Shown here in pieces: positions 12,106 through 25,386 of a DNA stretch of 64,000 nucleotides. How positions within the stretch are numbered: the first letter of the stretch is position 1; each line of letters opens with the position of its first letter. Origin of the DNA: Octopus sinensis (Eukaryota); NCBI RefSeq assembly GCF_006345805.1, contig NC_043005.1, positions 44,144,001 to 44,208,000 on the forward strand, given 5' to 3'. The notes beneath the pieces are model-generated. The model made no database searches, was not told the DNA's origin, and worked only from the letters and a program-made list of their open reading frames with translations. Made by a program: the position numbers and the translations under genes.

Positions 12106-13215
12106 TGTGTATACTCGAGTAATAGTCGATCTCATGTAAAAGTCGACCCCCTATTTTTGGCCAAAAGGTTGGCTATTTTCCATAGACCCCATATAAAATT
12201 TGACCCTAGTATTTCATTAACAAGTAGGTGGTGAGCTGGCAGAAATGTTAGCATGCGGGACGAAATGCTTAGCGGTATTTTGTCTGCTGCTACATTCTGA
12301 GTTCAAAATCTGCCGAGGTTAACTTTGCCTTTCATCCTTTCGGGGTCGATTAAATAAGAACCAGTTACACACTGGGGTCGATATAATTGACTTAATCCAT
12401 TTGTCTGTCCTTGTTTGTCCCCTCTGTGTTTAGCCCCTTGTTGGTAGTAAAGAAATAAGTATTTCATAAACAACAGGACAACGTTTGTGGGTCAAGGTAC
12501 TGTTTTGTCCAGTATGTAGAAATAATACTGTTACAAAATTGTGTGGCTACCTTACAGCCATGAAGAAGAAAACGTTTTTGGTGGAGACTGTTGGTGGTGG
12601 AAAGTGGTGTTGCACTTCTACTTCTTTTATCAATTTTGGTATTTAAAACATTAAGTTGCATTTAATTAGAAATAAAAATGCTCTACTAATATACTGTGCC
12701 ATAATACATTTGGGATCAGTGTGACTTGAACCATCAATAGGAAAATAGTATGATGTTATTGAAAAGTTATGATGTGAAACATGTTGAGTAGGTATCAGCT
12801 GTATGCACCACATTACAGTAGATAGTGGTATGTCGGTACCGGGTAGGTATGTTGCCGGTGGTAATATAACATAATTATTAGACATAATTGATTTCACTCA
12901 ACTAGTCTGTTAAGTTTGATGGGTACACCTAAAAGAGAAAGTGTTTATAAGAGCTACCCGGTCTGATTTATGGTCTGTTTTTTTTATCTACTAGGAAGTG
13001 TGCTTTGATGCACAGAATTGGTAATATCACTGTAATTCATAGTGTTTTTGTTTTTATTCGTTTAGAGATCAGTTGGGCTTCTGCTGCTGATACAGTACTT
13101 GGGATTTTAGCTTGAATTTCAGCCCTCAGAAGTAGTATTCATGTAATAGTCAACCCCATAAATTTGGTCTTAAAAATCAGTCTAAAGAATTTGGCTTTTA
13201 CTTAAGTATATACAG
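12106..13215. mobile_element. Tc2/pogo-type non-autonomous DNA transposon with SINE B insertion
   Basis: Ends gtgtatactcgagtaatagtcga.. and ..ttttacttaagtatatacagta resemble Tc2-type TIRs (CCGTATATACTCGAGTATAAG); subterminal agtc(g/a)acccc motifs. Confidence 0.5.
12225..12460 (+). mobile_element. SINE family B, full length, with target-site duplication
   Basis: Head ggtggtgagctggcagaa..gttcaaa; flanked by agtatttcat(t/a)aac on both sides. Confidence 0.85.
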
Positions 13216-13223
13216 TATATACA

Positions 13224-13260
<37 letters not shown>

Positions 13261-13280
13261 ACACACACACACACATATAT

Positions 13281-13470
13281 AGTTGGAATTTACAAAAAAA
13301 CAAAAGACGAAGACAGGTGTGTAAACAACAAACAGGTGTATTAGTTTGAAGCTCGTGAAGGTGAGAAAGTCTTTTACATTTCAAGACTACACTCTTCAAC
13401 AGAAAGGACCATGAGAAAATAAACAGAGAGAGAGAATAAAAAATAAAGGAAAGCTTTATTAGCTAGCTGT
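13281..13470 (-). mobile_element. (TA)n-embedded short element with decayed hammerhead-like motif (family H2)
   Basis: Paralog at 14903-15045; minus strand ctttCTGTTGAAGAGTGTAGTCTTGAAATGTAaaag. Confidence 0.55.
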
Positions 13471-14671
13471 CAATCATGGCAATATATATAATACACATAA
13501 GTATACATTTGGAGGTCTTCTTTCATTTTCCATCTGCCAAATCTACTTAGAAAGCTTTGGTCAGCCTTACAATATAATAGAAGACTATATATATATATAT
13601 GCATATACTTGTAAAAGCACCCAGCACACTCTGTAAAGTGGTTGGCATTAAGAAAGACATCCAGCCATAGAAGCCATGCCAAATCAGACTGGAGTCAGGT
13701 GCAGCTCTCCAGCTTGTCAGTGCTGGTTGTCACCATCCAACCTATACCAGCATGGACAATGGACATTAAATGACAATGATGAGGATGATGATACACTCAC
13801 GCACACATGCATATACATACACACACTCACACACACACACAAACACACATATATATATACATACATATATATACGTTTAGACTACTTTTAGTGGGAGATG
13901 AATATTACTTTTTTGGTGTTAATACTGCCTCTGCTGTAATTAGTTATTTTAAAATCTAGTTAATTTTCAAGTTCAAAAATTTGTTTATATTAATAAACAC
14001 TTTATGTATTATTGGTATCTGAAAGAAAAATTTGATTATAGTAGAATTTGAAACTAGAAATAGGTGCTTTATGCCAAGATTCAGCTATGCAACCGACACT
14101 CATACAAACACTATTTCCAGTCTGCTAGAGCAAATAATGATATTTACAGTTTTAAATGTGATGTTATAAAGTTATTAATATTGAATTCACACCTTTCACA
14201 GCCTAAACAATGATACTTCACATATCTCATAAATAATAATGATAGATTATAACTATAAGAATTCACCTTTAATATTCTGATAAGACCAGTTATAAGTCTT
14301 TCTAGAACAATATTGCAAGTGACAAAAGACGTTAGCAACTTCTAGTGTAACAAAGATCAAATATCCCAAAGAAAATTTAATTAAAACAAATTAGAAAATA
14401 CGGATATGATATTTATGTGGTTGGTATGTTTTTACATAGAGGGCAATAAATAAAATTTGACCAATAATTGCTGAAATATAATCTTATTCCAGACTAAGTA
14501 GTTGTTTTAATATTTTGGTCAAAGGTGTAAGTATGGCGATGATGTTCAGAAGTTTCGTCTTTGCAAGCATGTGTTTCTGGATTCCTAGGTTTCTGGGTTT
14601 GATTCCACTGGGGAATAACCAATATCTTATGACTGTGTAGAAGCTTGTTGTGCGTCTGTCTGTCTATGTAT

Positions 14672-14702
<31 letters not shown>

Positions 14703-15080
14703 ATATATATTATATATATATATGTAGACACATAGCCACAGCCTCAAGGCTGAAACATATGAAAGAATTAAAGAATATATATATGGCGTTAGGAAGGACA
14801 TCCAGCTGTAGAAATGTCAAATCAGACTAAAACCTGGTGCAGCCTTCCAGCTTACCTATGCCAGTCTGGAAAGTGGACATTAAATGAATGAATGGCATAT
14901 ATATAGTTCAGATTTACAGAAAATAAAAGACAAAGACAGGTGAGGTAATAACAAACAGGTGCATTAATTTGACACTCAGGGAAAATGTAAAAGTCTTTGA
15001 TGCTTTGAGCTGAAGCTCTTCAACAGAAAGGATCGAGAACAAGAGTGTGTGTGTGTATGTGTGTTTTTATATATATATAC

Positions 15081-15113
<33 letters not shown>

Positions 15114-15114
15114 A

Positions 15115-15312
15115 GGTTAATCCAAATGGGAAAACAGAAAAAACAACAACACGTGGAACAATTACAGTATTATTATTATTAGGCGCTCAGGAAAATGGAA
15201 GAAGGAGGGTATGACGTTTCGCGCAGAGCTCTTCGTCGGAAACATAAGAGAAGGAAGAAAGAAGAAAGATCCCGAAGTGGGCGAAAGAGGGAAAAAAAAA
15301 ACGCGACTGGTG
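15115..15312 (-). mobile_element. (TA)n-embedded short element with hammerhead motif (family H1; core reads CCGACGA)
   Basis: Paralog of 21524-21740; minus strand gtttCCGACGAAGAGCTCTGCGCGAAACGTCatac at 15209-15243. Confidence 0.7.
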
Positions 15313-15334
15313 TTTATATATATATATATAAACA

Positions 15335-15368
<34 letters not shown>

Positions 15369-15470
15369 ATATGTAAAAGATGAGCATCTAACCTAAAAAT
15401 GCTGCCTCAAATAAATTACCTTTCAACCCATACTAGTATGGGAAAATGCTGAGGAATATATCACAAACAG

Positions 15471-15505
<35 letters not shown>

Positions 15506-16124
15506 TGCATACATACATACATACATACATACATACATACATACATACATACATAAGGCACAAACATACACACAACATAACATTTATTTCTGTTGATGTG
15601 TTTACATCTGCATGTCATTGCATTGACACTGTTTTAGCAGTTGTTGAGATGTTTGTTTTCCCAAAGCAAAATATCTGACAATGGTTCACTGTGCGAAGAT
15701 CTGGAACAAAATATCTTACTTGAAAAGCAAGGGTTATAGTCAAGAACAGCATTTAACTGTAGAGTGTTGTCTCACCGATGCTGCAATGGATTAAAAAAAA
15801 AAATGACTGTACAACTGAAAACGAAATGATTGCCTTATTACAGAGCTTTGTAGTGGAGTTAATCATAGTAGAGATAATCTACTCAAAGCAGAAGGTATTG
15901 AATCAACTTAACTTGCAATTGTCTTGTTGTTTTCTAAGGATCACAGAACACTAGATGCTTACATACACAAGCAAGCATATTCACATATATGCATATTATA
16001 GTGTGAATTCCAAATTTAGAATAGATACATTGTATTCCTGTATATTGAAAGAGGCATTCAACCATAAAAATATCCCCAGAAAACCTATTCAACCCGTTTT
16101 TGCATGGTAAATTGGATATAAAAT

Positions 16125-16760
16125 GATGATGATGATGATATATTTCCATTTTGGGTTGGTTTCATGAGTGAAGATTTATGAAAGGAAATGTCCACATCTG
16201 TGGCATGGCTGTAGAGATTACACAAGAAGGGAGATTGATCAGAGATGGTTGTGATGTCTTCCTTTTTCTTCCCTCCTTTTTTTTTCTTATCTTCAATGGA
16301 GGCTGTCGCCCAGAGGACAATAAGATGCCAGGCTTCCTGATCAGCAGCAAGAACAGACCACTAGTGAAGATCAACATGGTAGATGCTGAGAGATTTCTTT
16401 AGAGACTCCTTGCACCTCTTCTTTGGTGCTCTTCTACAATGGTGGCCATACAGTGTGATCTTGGGAAGTTAATGATCCTCCATTCTGGTGACATGCCCTG
16501 CCCAGTGTAGCTGTGTTTTCAGCAGAGTTGTTTTGATACTGATGACCCTTGCCTGCTCTAGGACTTCAATGTTAGTCAAGCTGAGGATTATGTGAAGGTA
16601 GCACTGATAGAATTGCTCAAGGAGTCATAGGAGGTACCAGTGGATGACTCACATCTCTGAGCTGTGCAAGAGAATGAATGATCTGAACGATAGCGTTGTG
16701 CTCACTGATTTTGGATGTTTCTTCAGATGGTTATTTTTCCAAACTCTGTCAATTTAGAAG
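16125..16760 (-). mobile_element. Decayed RTE (BovB-like) LINE 3' fragment
   Basis: Minus strand gives RVWKNNHL..LLEQFYQCYLHIIL..TNIEVLEQA..LLKTQLHWAGHVTRMEDH*LPKITLYG..APKKRCKESL. Confidence 0.8.
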
Positions 16761-17061
16761 GTGCTATGCACTGGGCCTATAGGGTTCGTTAGTTCCTCCA
16801 AGAAGGTGAAGTGCATGCAGTTGACATTTCTTCTTGAATAGCTGCAAGTCAAAAGTTGCATGTGAAACATGAAAGCGGATTTTATGGGAAAGAAGAATTC
16901 AGGATAGAGGCTGGTGAGAGGATAAGGTCTGGGTTTTATGACAGAAATGTCCATCATCATCATCATCATCACCACCACCATCGCTGCCACTTCCACACTC
17001 ATGCATGCATACATACATACATACATACACACACACATACATACATACATACATACATACA

Positions 17062-17092
<31 letters not shown>

Positions 17093-17462
17093 TCAGATTC
17101 TGTATACTGAATCCTCTCATAAGGCTTTGGCCAGTGGGATGTTATATAAGTAGATACTTGCTTATGGTGTCATGCATTGGGACTGAACCTGAAACTCACA
17201 AAGTTTGGAAGTGAACTTTTTAAGTATACAACAATGCCCGCACTTTTTGGTGGGGCAGGGGGTTGACAAAAGTGTGGCAAAAAGAGGAGAGTGAACATGA
17301 GTGAAGATGGCACAAAAAGAGCTGGATTTATGGAGTCTATTGTAGTGGTGGTAGAAAAGGTAAAGAGAAAACACAGTATATTTGTGGGCCATGGGATGGC
17401 GTGTGCTTGTAAGTAACTCTCTTCTAATCAATCAGCTAGCTTTTCTTGGATGCAGTGAAGTA

Positions 17463-17996
17463 TTGGGTTGTCCGGAAAGTTTGTGCCGATTTTTAAAGGA
17501 AAGAAAAAGGTCAATAAATACTTGCCATTACATTTTCAATCAACCAAATATGAACCATTTTGTTGCACAATGCATCTCCATCTTTCCTTTAACTTGAAAA
17601 TACCCTCTTCCCAGAATTGAGGTGGTTTCATGGCATTTTTTTACGTCATCCAAGGAATTGAAATTTTTACCATTAAGACTATTCTGTAGAGACCTGAATA
17701 AGTGGAAATCTGAAGGAGCAATATCTGGTGAATATGGAGGCAGAGGTAACACATCCCAGCTGAGCTGCAGCAACTTTTTTCTGGCTCCCAAAGCATCAAG
17801 TGCCGAAAATGAACTTTCTTATCTCCTATTTTAAAGGGTTACAGAATTAACACAGGTTATAGGAATATAAACCTTCTTCCACGAAAAGATAGCTTCAACC
17901 GTGCTATCAAATCCTATTTTATGGACACAACCATGTTCTAAAATAAGTTGAAATGTAAGCTGCTATAAATCGGCACGAACTTTCCGGACAACCCTA
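17463..17996 (-). mobile_element. Internally deleted mariner transposon
   Basis: ~30-bp TIRs ttgggttgtccggaaagtttgtgccgattt / aaatcggcacgaactttccggacaacccta with TA flanks; retains WDVLPLPPYSPDIAPSDFHLFRSLQNSL (mariner YSPDLAPSD motif). Confidence 0.95.
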
Positions 17997-18518
17997 TATA
18001 TCTGTGTACAGCAGCAACACCAACCATTAGGAATGAATCTCAAATGTTCTCTACCAGAAACTATAAATTCCATTAGTAACTAAAACATATTTGATTATAA
18101 TTAAAAGAAATATAATAACTTGAATTAAATACAGTCTTCCCATTAATCTAAGATGATAATATGAAAATAAAGTTGAAAGACTCAAGTAAAGCTGACAGAT
18201 ATTTGGTATTACTTGGTAATATTTTTGAGTAAATGACACAAATATTTGAGCAGTGTCCTTAGATTTAAATCAGTAAAATATTATAATATCAATTTAATCT
18301 TCTCCAATAATTTCATACAAAGCAGTAAGTATAAGAAAAATTGAAGCCTTTAATCAAACTAAATAATTTACATCATTGAAACATTACATTAAAAAAATAT
18401 TTAATAAGCATATAATGCAGCAGTGTAATTTAATTTAATGCAATTTAATGCCATTTGACTTAGATACTGTCTATGTATGTATGCATACATACATACATAC
18501 ATACAAGCATACATAAAT

Positions 18519-18557
<39 letters not shown>

Positions 18558-20078
18558 TGCAGACAGACAGACAGACAGACAGGCAGGCAGGCAGACATGT
18601 ACATATGTAGAAGTGTACATGTATGAATGTGAGTGAAACAAGAAAACTTGGGTGATAGTTTTAAAACGTGGTCTGTTCAAGAAAGGATCTTGAAGAAAAA
18701 AAAAAATTAAATGAATTATGAAATTCAGGCTAATTTAGTAGAGCAGAACAATACTTGATTAGTTGGCTGATTGGAGAAAACTTCAGAATCATGAGAGAAT
18801 AAACAAAAATGTTCAGTGGAAAGGATCATAACGATTTAGTTGGAATGAATTTTTATAAAGTCATTGCTTCTAAAGAAAAGAAGAAATAGAAGAAAAAAAA
18901 CAATATTATGCATGTGACTTGAAATGAATCAACTTACTCTGGCTTCTACCTGACACTCAGCCTTAATCTTACTGTACACTAAATCAATTTTTATTACAAA
19001 TAAATAAATTATCATTTTTATAATCATTTAAAGTATAAAGAATTAGAAAATTATTAAAATAGACCAATTAATTAATTGAACTTCAAGATAAATAGAAAGA
19101 ATATCCAATGAAAATTGACTTTAATGGATAAAAGCAATTTAAGACAATTCTGAGATTTGAACTAAAAATGAAATATGCAGAAGTATTTTATTAAATATAG
19201 GTCATTGTCTTCATAATTATAAAGGGCCTCATAATAATTGATCAAGTGGAGTAAATTATGAAAATAGATTTCTAATATGATTTCTTCATGTGGAAAAGGT
19301 ATGAATAAGAATGGTACAAAAAAAGAAAAAAAAAAGAGAAGACAGAGAAAAAGAGATGAAAACAACAATAATCTTTCCCTTTACATATATATATAATGAG
19401 ATGAGTACAATGAAATCTGACTTGAAATCTATAAGCTTTGACAGAATATAATAAGCAAAGATTTCAGATGCAAAATTAAAGTGAAACAGAAAACTACCAG
19501 CATTAGCAATTAGCCAGCTCATAAAATTAACAATGCTGAAATTTAATTAAATTATATATTAAAGGATTATAATCTAAGATAAACAAAGATATACTAAAAA
19601 AATATATATATATATGTATATCGTTTACATTAAGAAATGTTCAATATATTAATTCAAAGAAATGAGAAAATAAATAAAGCAACCATAACTATTGATTTTT
19701 ATGATAACTATTTGCTTTTGAAATATAAATATACAAATACTAATATAGCAGGAAATTTGCCTTTATATTTCAGCATATTGAGAACTTTCTGAAATGTATC
19801 CAAGTAGATGAAATGATCTAAGATTGGGGAAAAAATCTTTATGTAAATATAAGAGCAGTCAATGTGTAGTATTAATGGACTTCTCTGTTATGAACCATTC
19901 AGTCAATAAATATGTATTTGATTAATTTTACCAGCAACCACAACATGCTTTTAGCAAGCAAACTGATTTCAACGGAGACACAAGCCCTTCCATATCACAG
20001 CTGAGGAGATATCACATCAAACGAAATTCATGCCAGTTTGAGAAATTAAAACCAAAATTTCCTTAAGAGTTAAGCGAT

Positions 20079-20228
20079 AGGTGCAGGTGTAGTTATGTGG
20101 TAAGAAGTTTGCTTCTCAATCACATGGCTTCAGGTTCAGTCCCACTGCATGGCACATTCGGCAAGCTTCAGGTCAACAAAAGTCTTGTGAGTGGATTTTG
20201 TAGATGGGAACTGAAAGAGACCCGTCAT
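20079..20228 (+). mobile_element. SINE family A, 5' part
   Basis: Head sequence ending in a TA tract. Confidence 0.7.
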
Positions 20229-20234
20229 ATATAT

Positions 20235-20266
<32 letters not shown>

Positions 20267-21624
20267 AATTGGCTTAAGTCTTTCTTTGTTTGATTTGCAT
20301 AATAGTGGTTTTGTCTCTAATTTAATATAATATAATATAATATTTTACTATAAAATTGGATTCAATCTTAAATCTGATTTTTCCTTGTAAATTTGGATTT
20401 ATTCCCTAATATTTATTATTATATAAATATATATATATGTTAGAAGTATTGGGGGTGATGTACAGATTTAATATATATGAAAGAAAAAATATGTTCAGAA
20501 TGCTGGATGATTGTAAAAATATATATTTATTTATATATCACATATTATTACTTCATATTAGCACTTTCAACTACTCCTGTAGTTTCAAGTACTTCGCTGG
20601 ACTTTACAGTGTCAGGCCATAATTAGGACATTGTAGGATAATGGAGCTATTGGTGAATTGCATATTTTCCTTACTTTCCCATCAAGTTATATTTATTTTA
20701 TTTTATTTTACTTTGTAAATTTTTAAAAAGTTATCGTTCGTATCACTTGAAATTTTGCAGTGCGTATTAGAACTATAGCTCTTTTATTTGAAATTATCTC
20801 TTCGTAATTGCCTCCATGCTTATTAACTTTTATTCGTGTATATTCTCCTTGCTATCTTTATTTTTATTTTTTATTTTTATTTTTATTATATTTTTACTCG
20901 TATTTTATTTTTACTCGTATTTTATTTTTACTCATATTTATTTTTATTCGTATTCCTTTCGTTTTTATACACATTTTTTATACATTATTAAAATAGTATT
21001 TGTAAATTTAATTTTATTTGGAACACTATATATAACTAACATAGTTTTTGTAAATTTTCGTATATTTTTTGTGATTTTTATTCCTTACTTTATTTGCATA
21101 ACTTTTATTTCTGTAACTTATCTTTATTTGAATTTTTATCTGTCTTATGGCTTGTACTGTGGAGTCCAGCGAAACTATACATACTTATTTTGCAAATATT
21201 TATGGGATTTAAAAATTAAAATATAGTTTATTGTGTTGAACGTTGATAGGGTTGTGAGGGCCTGATGATTGGGATGGTATCTTGAGAGGGGTTCCAGGGA
21301 AACACGGAGCGGTTTAGGAACCCAAGGATGTACCTCATGAAACATGTGTAGAATAAAACAGTAGGTATTTAAAATAAAAATAAAATTATTTTTATTTGGT
21401 GAGAAGTAGGGTTATACTATCTCTAAATTAAAATATATTTCTTCATTGAGAATAATTTGAACTTCTGTTATGCCGGAATTGTTATTCCCTAAAAAATAAT
21501 ATATATATATATATATATATATAGTTAATCCAAACATGAAAACACAAAGAGAAAACACAACAACGCGAGGACGTGGGACAAGTATAGTATTATTGGACAC
21601 TCAGGAAAGAGGGAAAGAAGGAGG

Positions 21625-21659
21625 GTTTAACGTTTCGAGCGGAGCTCTTCATCAGAAAC
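21625..21659 (-). ncRNA. Minimal type I hammerhead ribozyme motif (PLE-type) in element 21524-21740
   Basis: gttt-CTGATGA-A-GAGC-tcc-GCTC-GAAAC-GTT-aaac: core, 4-bp stem II, loopless palindromic stem III (AACGTT), stem I gttt/aaac; predicted cleavage after GUU. Confidence 0.75.
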
Positions 21660-22497
21660 ATAAGAAAAGGAAAGATCCAAAGAAGGGAAGACGGAGGAAA
21701 AGAAAAATCACCAACGGTACACACACAGTCACATTTTGAATATATATTATATATATAATAATAATAATATTAGGGAGTATGGCTCCAAACTTACAGGGAA
21801 AAATTAGATTTAGGATTAAATCAAATTTCACAGTATAAATATATAAAATATGAATTAGAGATAAAACCACTATTAGGCAACTCAAACAGTGATAGACATA
21901 AACCAATACATAAATAACAAATAATATAAATGTGATTAAAATAGTATATAATATATATATATAAAATTTACTTATTATATTTATCATTCTTTTTATACTT
22001 TTGATTTAAAAAAAAAAATTTTTAAGAATTTTTAAACTTTAATTTTTTAAGGGCTGATAGAAATTGGCTGCCGATTCTTCGCGCCTTCTCTCCCCCTCTT
22101 TTTACATTGTCTGTCTGGACTCCTATGCATACTTAAGCTAGTAAACTGCCTCATTCTTGATTCCGAATTTTTGCCAAGACTGTCCGTAAACGAAGTGATC
22201 CCAAGATAAGAAATCCTTGAACTTTAATTCATCCCGTATTTCTATTTATTATTTATTTATAATTTATTATTCTGATCCCCCTAGACGCCACTCTGTTTAC
22301 TATTTCAGCCTCGCCTCGTTTTTGCATATTCTGTATAATTCACTAGTTATCGTCATAGATATTTAAGATCTATTCTCCCTACAGGGCTGATAGAAATTGG
22401 CTGCCGATTCTTCGCGGCCGCCCGCCCTACCCCCCCCCCACTACCAATACCGAATATCTCTATTTTGCTCCAACTATACCGGATGTCGTTTCACCTC

Positions 22498-23279
22498 CAC
22501 CACCATTATAGGTGTCTACTCTTTGAACCCCCCTTTCAATACGCTTTTCACCATGCATTAACCCCTCTCTCGATATCCTACGTTGTACTTGACTAGAACC
22601 TGTCCTCTGAACCACCCCTCCCACTGGTGTTCCCCTATATTTCTGCACCCCCACCACCATTATAGGTGTCTACTCTTTGAACCCCCCTCTTCAATACGCT
22701 ATTTCACCATGCATTACCCCTCTCTCGATATCCTACGTTCTACTTGCCTAGAACCTGTCCTCTGAACCACCCCTCCTACTGGTGCTCCCCTATATTTCTG
22801 CACCCCCCCACCACCATTTAGGTGTCTACTCTTGAACCCCCCTCTTCAATACGCTATTTCACCATGCATTACCCCTCTCTCGATATCCTACGTTCTACTT
22901 GCCTAGAACCTGTCCTCTGAACCACCCCTCCACTGGTGCTCCCCTAATTTCTGCACCCCCCCCCCCACACCATTATAGGTGTCTACTCTTTGAACCCCCC
23001 TCTTCAATATGCTATTCACCATGCATTACCCCTCTCTCGATATCTACGTTCTACTTGCTAGAACTGTCCTAGAAACACCCCTCCCACTGGTGCTCCCCTA
23101 TATTTCTGCACCCCCCACCACCATTATAGGTGTCTACTATTTGAAGCCCCTCTTCAATACGCTATTCCATGGGCATTTACCCTCTCTCGGTTATCCTACG
23201 TTCTACTTGCCTAGTACCTGTCCTCTGAACCATCCCTCCCACTGGTGCTCCCCTATATCCTGCACCCCCCCCCCCCCCA
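22498..23279. repeat. Tandem array of ~5 x ~155-bp units
   Basis: Unit caccattataggtgtctactctttgaacccc..ctgcacccc starts near 22501, 22655, 22812, 22968 and 23119. Confidence 0.9.
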
Positions 23280-23520
23280 TAAAAAGCACCATCCGAACGT
23301 GGCCGATGCCAGACCCCTCTGGCACCTGTGCAGGTGGACGTAAAAAACACCATACACTCGCAGGAGTGGTTGGCGTTAGGAAGGGCATCCAGCTGTAGAA
23401 ACACTGCCAGACTAGACTGGAGCCTGGGGCAGTCCCGAGCTCCCCAGACCCTGGTCGAAACCGTCCAACCCGTGTAGCGCGGAAAACGGACGTTAAATGA
23501 TGATGATGATGATGATGATA
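23280..23520 (+). mobile_element. RTE 3'-end-type retroposon with (GAT)n tail
   Basis: Same 3' sequence as 4960-5162. Further copies at ~13610, 24615, 33340, 46710, 53750 (+) and 25855, 33620, 49310, 51175, 60480, 62590 (-). Confidence 0.85.
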
Positions 23521-23614
23521 TTATATATTAATTACATTTATATTATTTGTTATTTATGTATTGGTTTATGTGTATCACTGTTTGAGTTGCCTAATAGTGG
23601 TTTTATCTCTAATT

Positions 23615-23835
23615 CAATGGCCCAGTGGTAAGGTCAGCAGACTCGCGGTCATAGGATTGTGGTTTCGATTCCCAGTGTGAGTGTTTATTGAGCAAAAACA
23701 CCTAAAGCTCCATGAGTCTCTGCTGTACTCTTTCACCACAACTTTCTCTCACTCTTTCTTCTGTTGAAGGCTAAAACAATGCAAAGTGCATTGTGACCAG
23801 CGATGTGTAGAAACATCTGATAGCCTGGTCAGTCA
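23615..23835 (+). mobile_element. tRNA-head SINE (family C-like)
   Basis: tggcccagtggtaagg A box and ggtttcgattccc B box. Confidence 0.65.
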
Positions 23836-24320
23836 TGGTTTTATATATATATATAGATATACAAACATGTGTGTATGTTTGTGTGCATATGTATGTACAT
23901 GTATCTTTGTGTCTGTCTCTTCGTGTGTCCTTCACTACAGCTTGATGACTGGTGTGGGTGTGTTTGCATCTATGTAACTTAGCAGTTTGGCAAAACAGAC
24001 CAATAGAATAAGTACCATGCTTTAAAAACAAATAAGTACTGTTTAATCTGTTTAATCAAAATTCTTCATCGTTTCAGTCTAAAGACTGAAACAATGGAAA
24101 GAATAAAAGAATAAGTGTTAAGATATCTTCGTGATATAAAAAAAAACACATTAAATTACACACACACACACACACTTTCCTATGTGCACATGAATATAGA
24201 TACAGGACTAGCAGAATGATTAACAAGTTTGCCTTGCAACCAAATGGTTTCAAGTTTAATCTGGATGGACTTCGTTAACAGAAGCTGAAAACAGCTCAGT
24301 GATAGATGTATGCATGTGCG

Positions 24321-24354
<34 letters not shown>

Positions 24355-25262
24355 CTTGTTTACATTTGCATCCATGAAAATTACTTGCTTCACACCTTTG
24401 AAGGTGTATGTTCCCTATGTTCAAGATCAAGCAAAGCTTATTGACAGGAAATGTATCCAGCTAGCTCAAAATGACTCAGTAATAGACAAGTCTAATCAAT
24501 GCTATCACAGTAAAACAGCTGTAAAGTGAATGAACAACTAAACGAATACATACACACTCATATATATTTATATACATGTACGTAATATATAATGTGTATA
24601 TATATATATATATGTCGGTGGCACGTAAAAAGCACCATCCGAATCGTAGCCAAAGCCAGTGCCGCCTTGACTGGCTTCCATAAAATGCACCAATCCGACC
24701 GTGGCCGATGCCAGCCTCGCCTGGCACCAGTGCAGGTGGCACGTAAAAAGCACCCACTACACCCACGGAGTGGTTGGCGTTAGGAAGAGCATCCAGCTGT
24801 AGAAACTTTGCCAGATAAGACCAGAGCCTGGTGCAGCCTTCTGGCTTCCCAGATCCCTGGTCGAACCGTCCAACCCATGCCAGCATGGAGGACGGACGTT
24901 AAACGATGATGATGATGATGATGATGATATATATATGATTGCATGATGATTGCTTCATCTTGAGAGATGATAGGCATCCTATCAACGCATGCACCACACC
25001 CCATCACACAGTACTCAATTGATGAGCCCTTAGATGACTATTAAAACCAGCTGCTGACTGACAGGGTTTAAAACACAAGTGACAGATATTATTTAAGTTT
25101 CTTCTATATCTTTGCCATTTGGAATCTGATTCAGAATGTATGTTTTTGTGAGCTAGCATATATATATATATATGTGTGTGTGTGTATTTGTATATATATG
25201 TATGTATATACTTATAGATGTATGTATTTATATTTATAACTTCATCTTATGTACTTTCTAAA

Positions 25263-25386
25263 ATCTCTGACGAAGCCCAGAGAAACACCCAACTACCTCA
25301 ATTTCATCTACTTATTACTTCAGTCCACTTGAAGGATAAAGGTAGAATGAGGTATTTTTGCCTCTTGGCTGAAACAGCTGTAAGAT
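25263..25386 (+). ncRNA. Type I hammerhead ribozyme motif with long stem II
   Basis: atct-CTGACGA-AGCCCAGAG..(tacctca/tgaggta, tctac/gtaga, cttca/tgaag)..CTCTTGGCT-GAAAC-AGCT-GTA-agat: all core residues canonical, palindromic stem III ACAGCTGT, stem I atct/agat. Confidence 0.8.

Noticed and set aside
18938-18978. 41-nt minus-strand exon (YSKIKAECQVEAR) with GTAAGT donor
   Set aside because: Poor polypyrimidine tract; phase does not fit neighbouring candidates.
20816-21226. 136-aa hydrophobic ORF resembling an organellar membrane protein
   Set aside because: Produced by T-rich low-complexity sequence; no mitochondrial gene motifs.
22050-23279. Direct repeats and tandem array as a CRISPR-like locus
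   Set aside because: Only two 34-bp repeats 333 bp apart; array units have no unique spacers; eukaryotic context with no cas genes.
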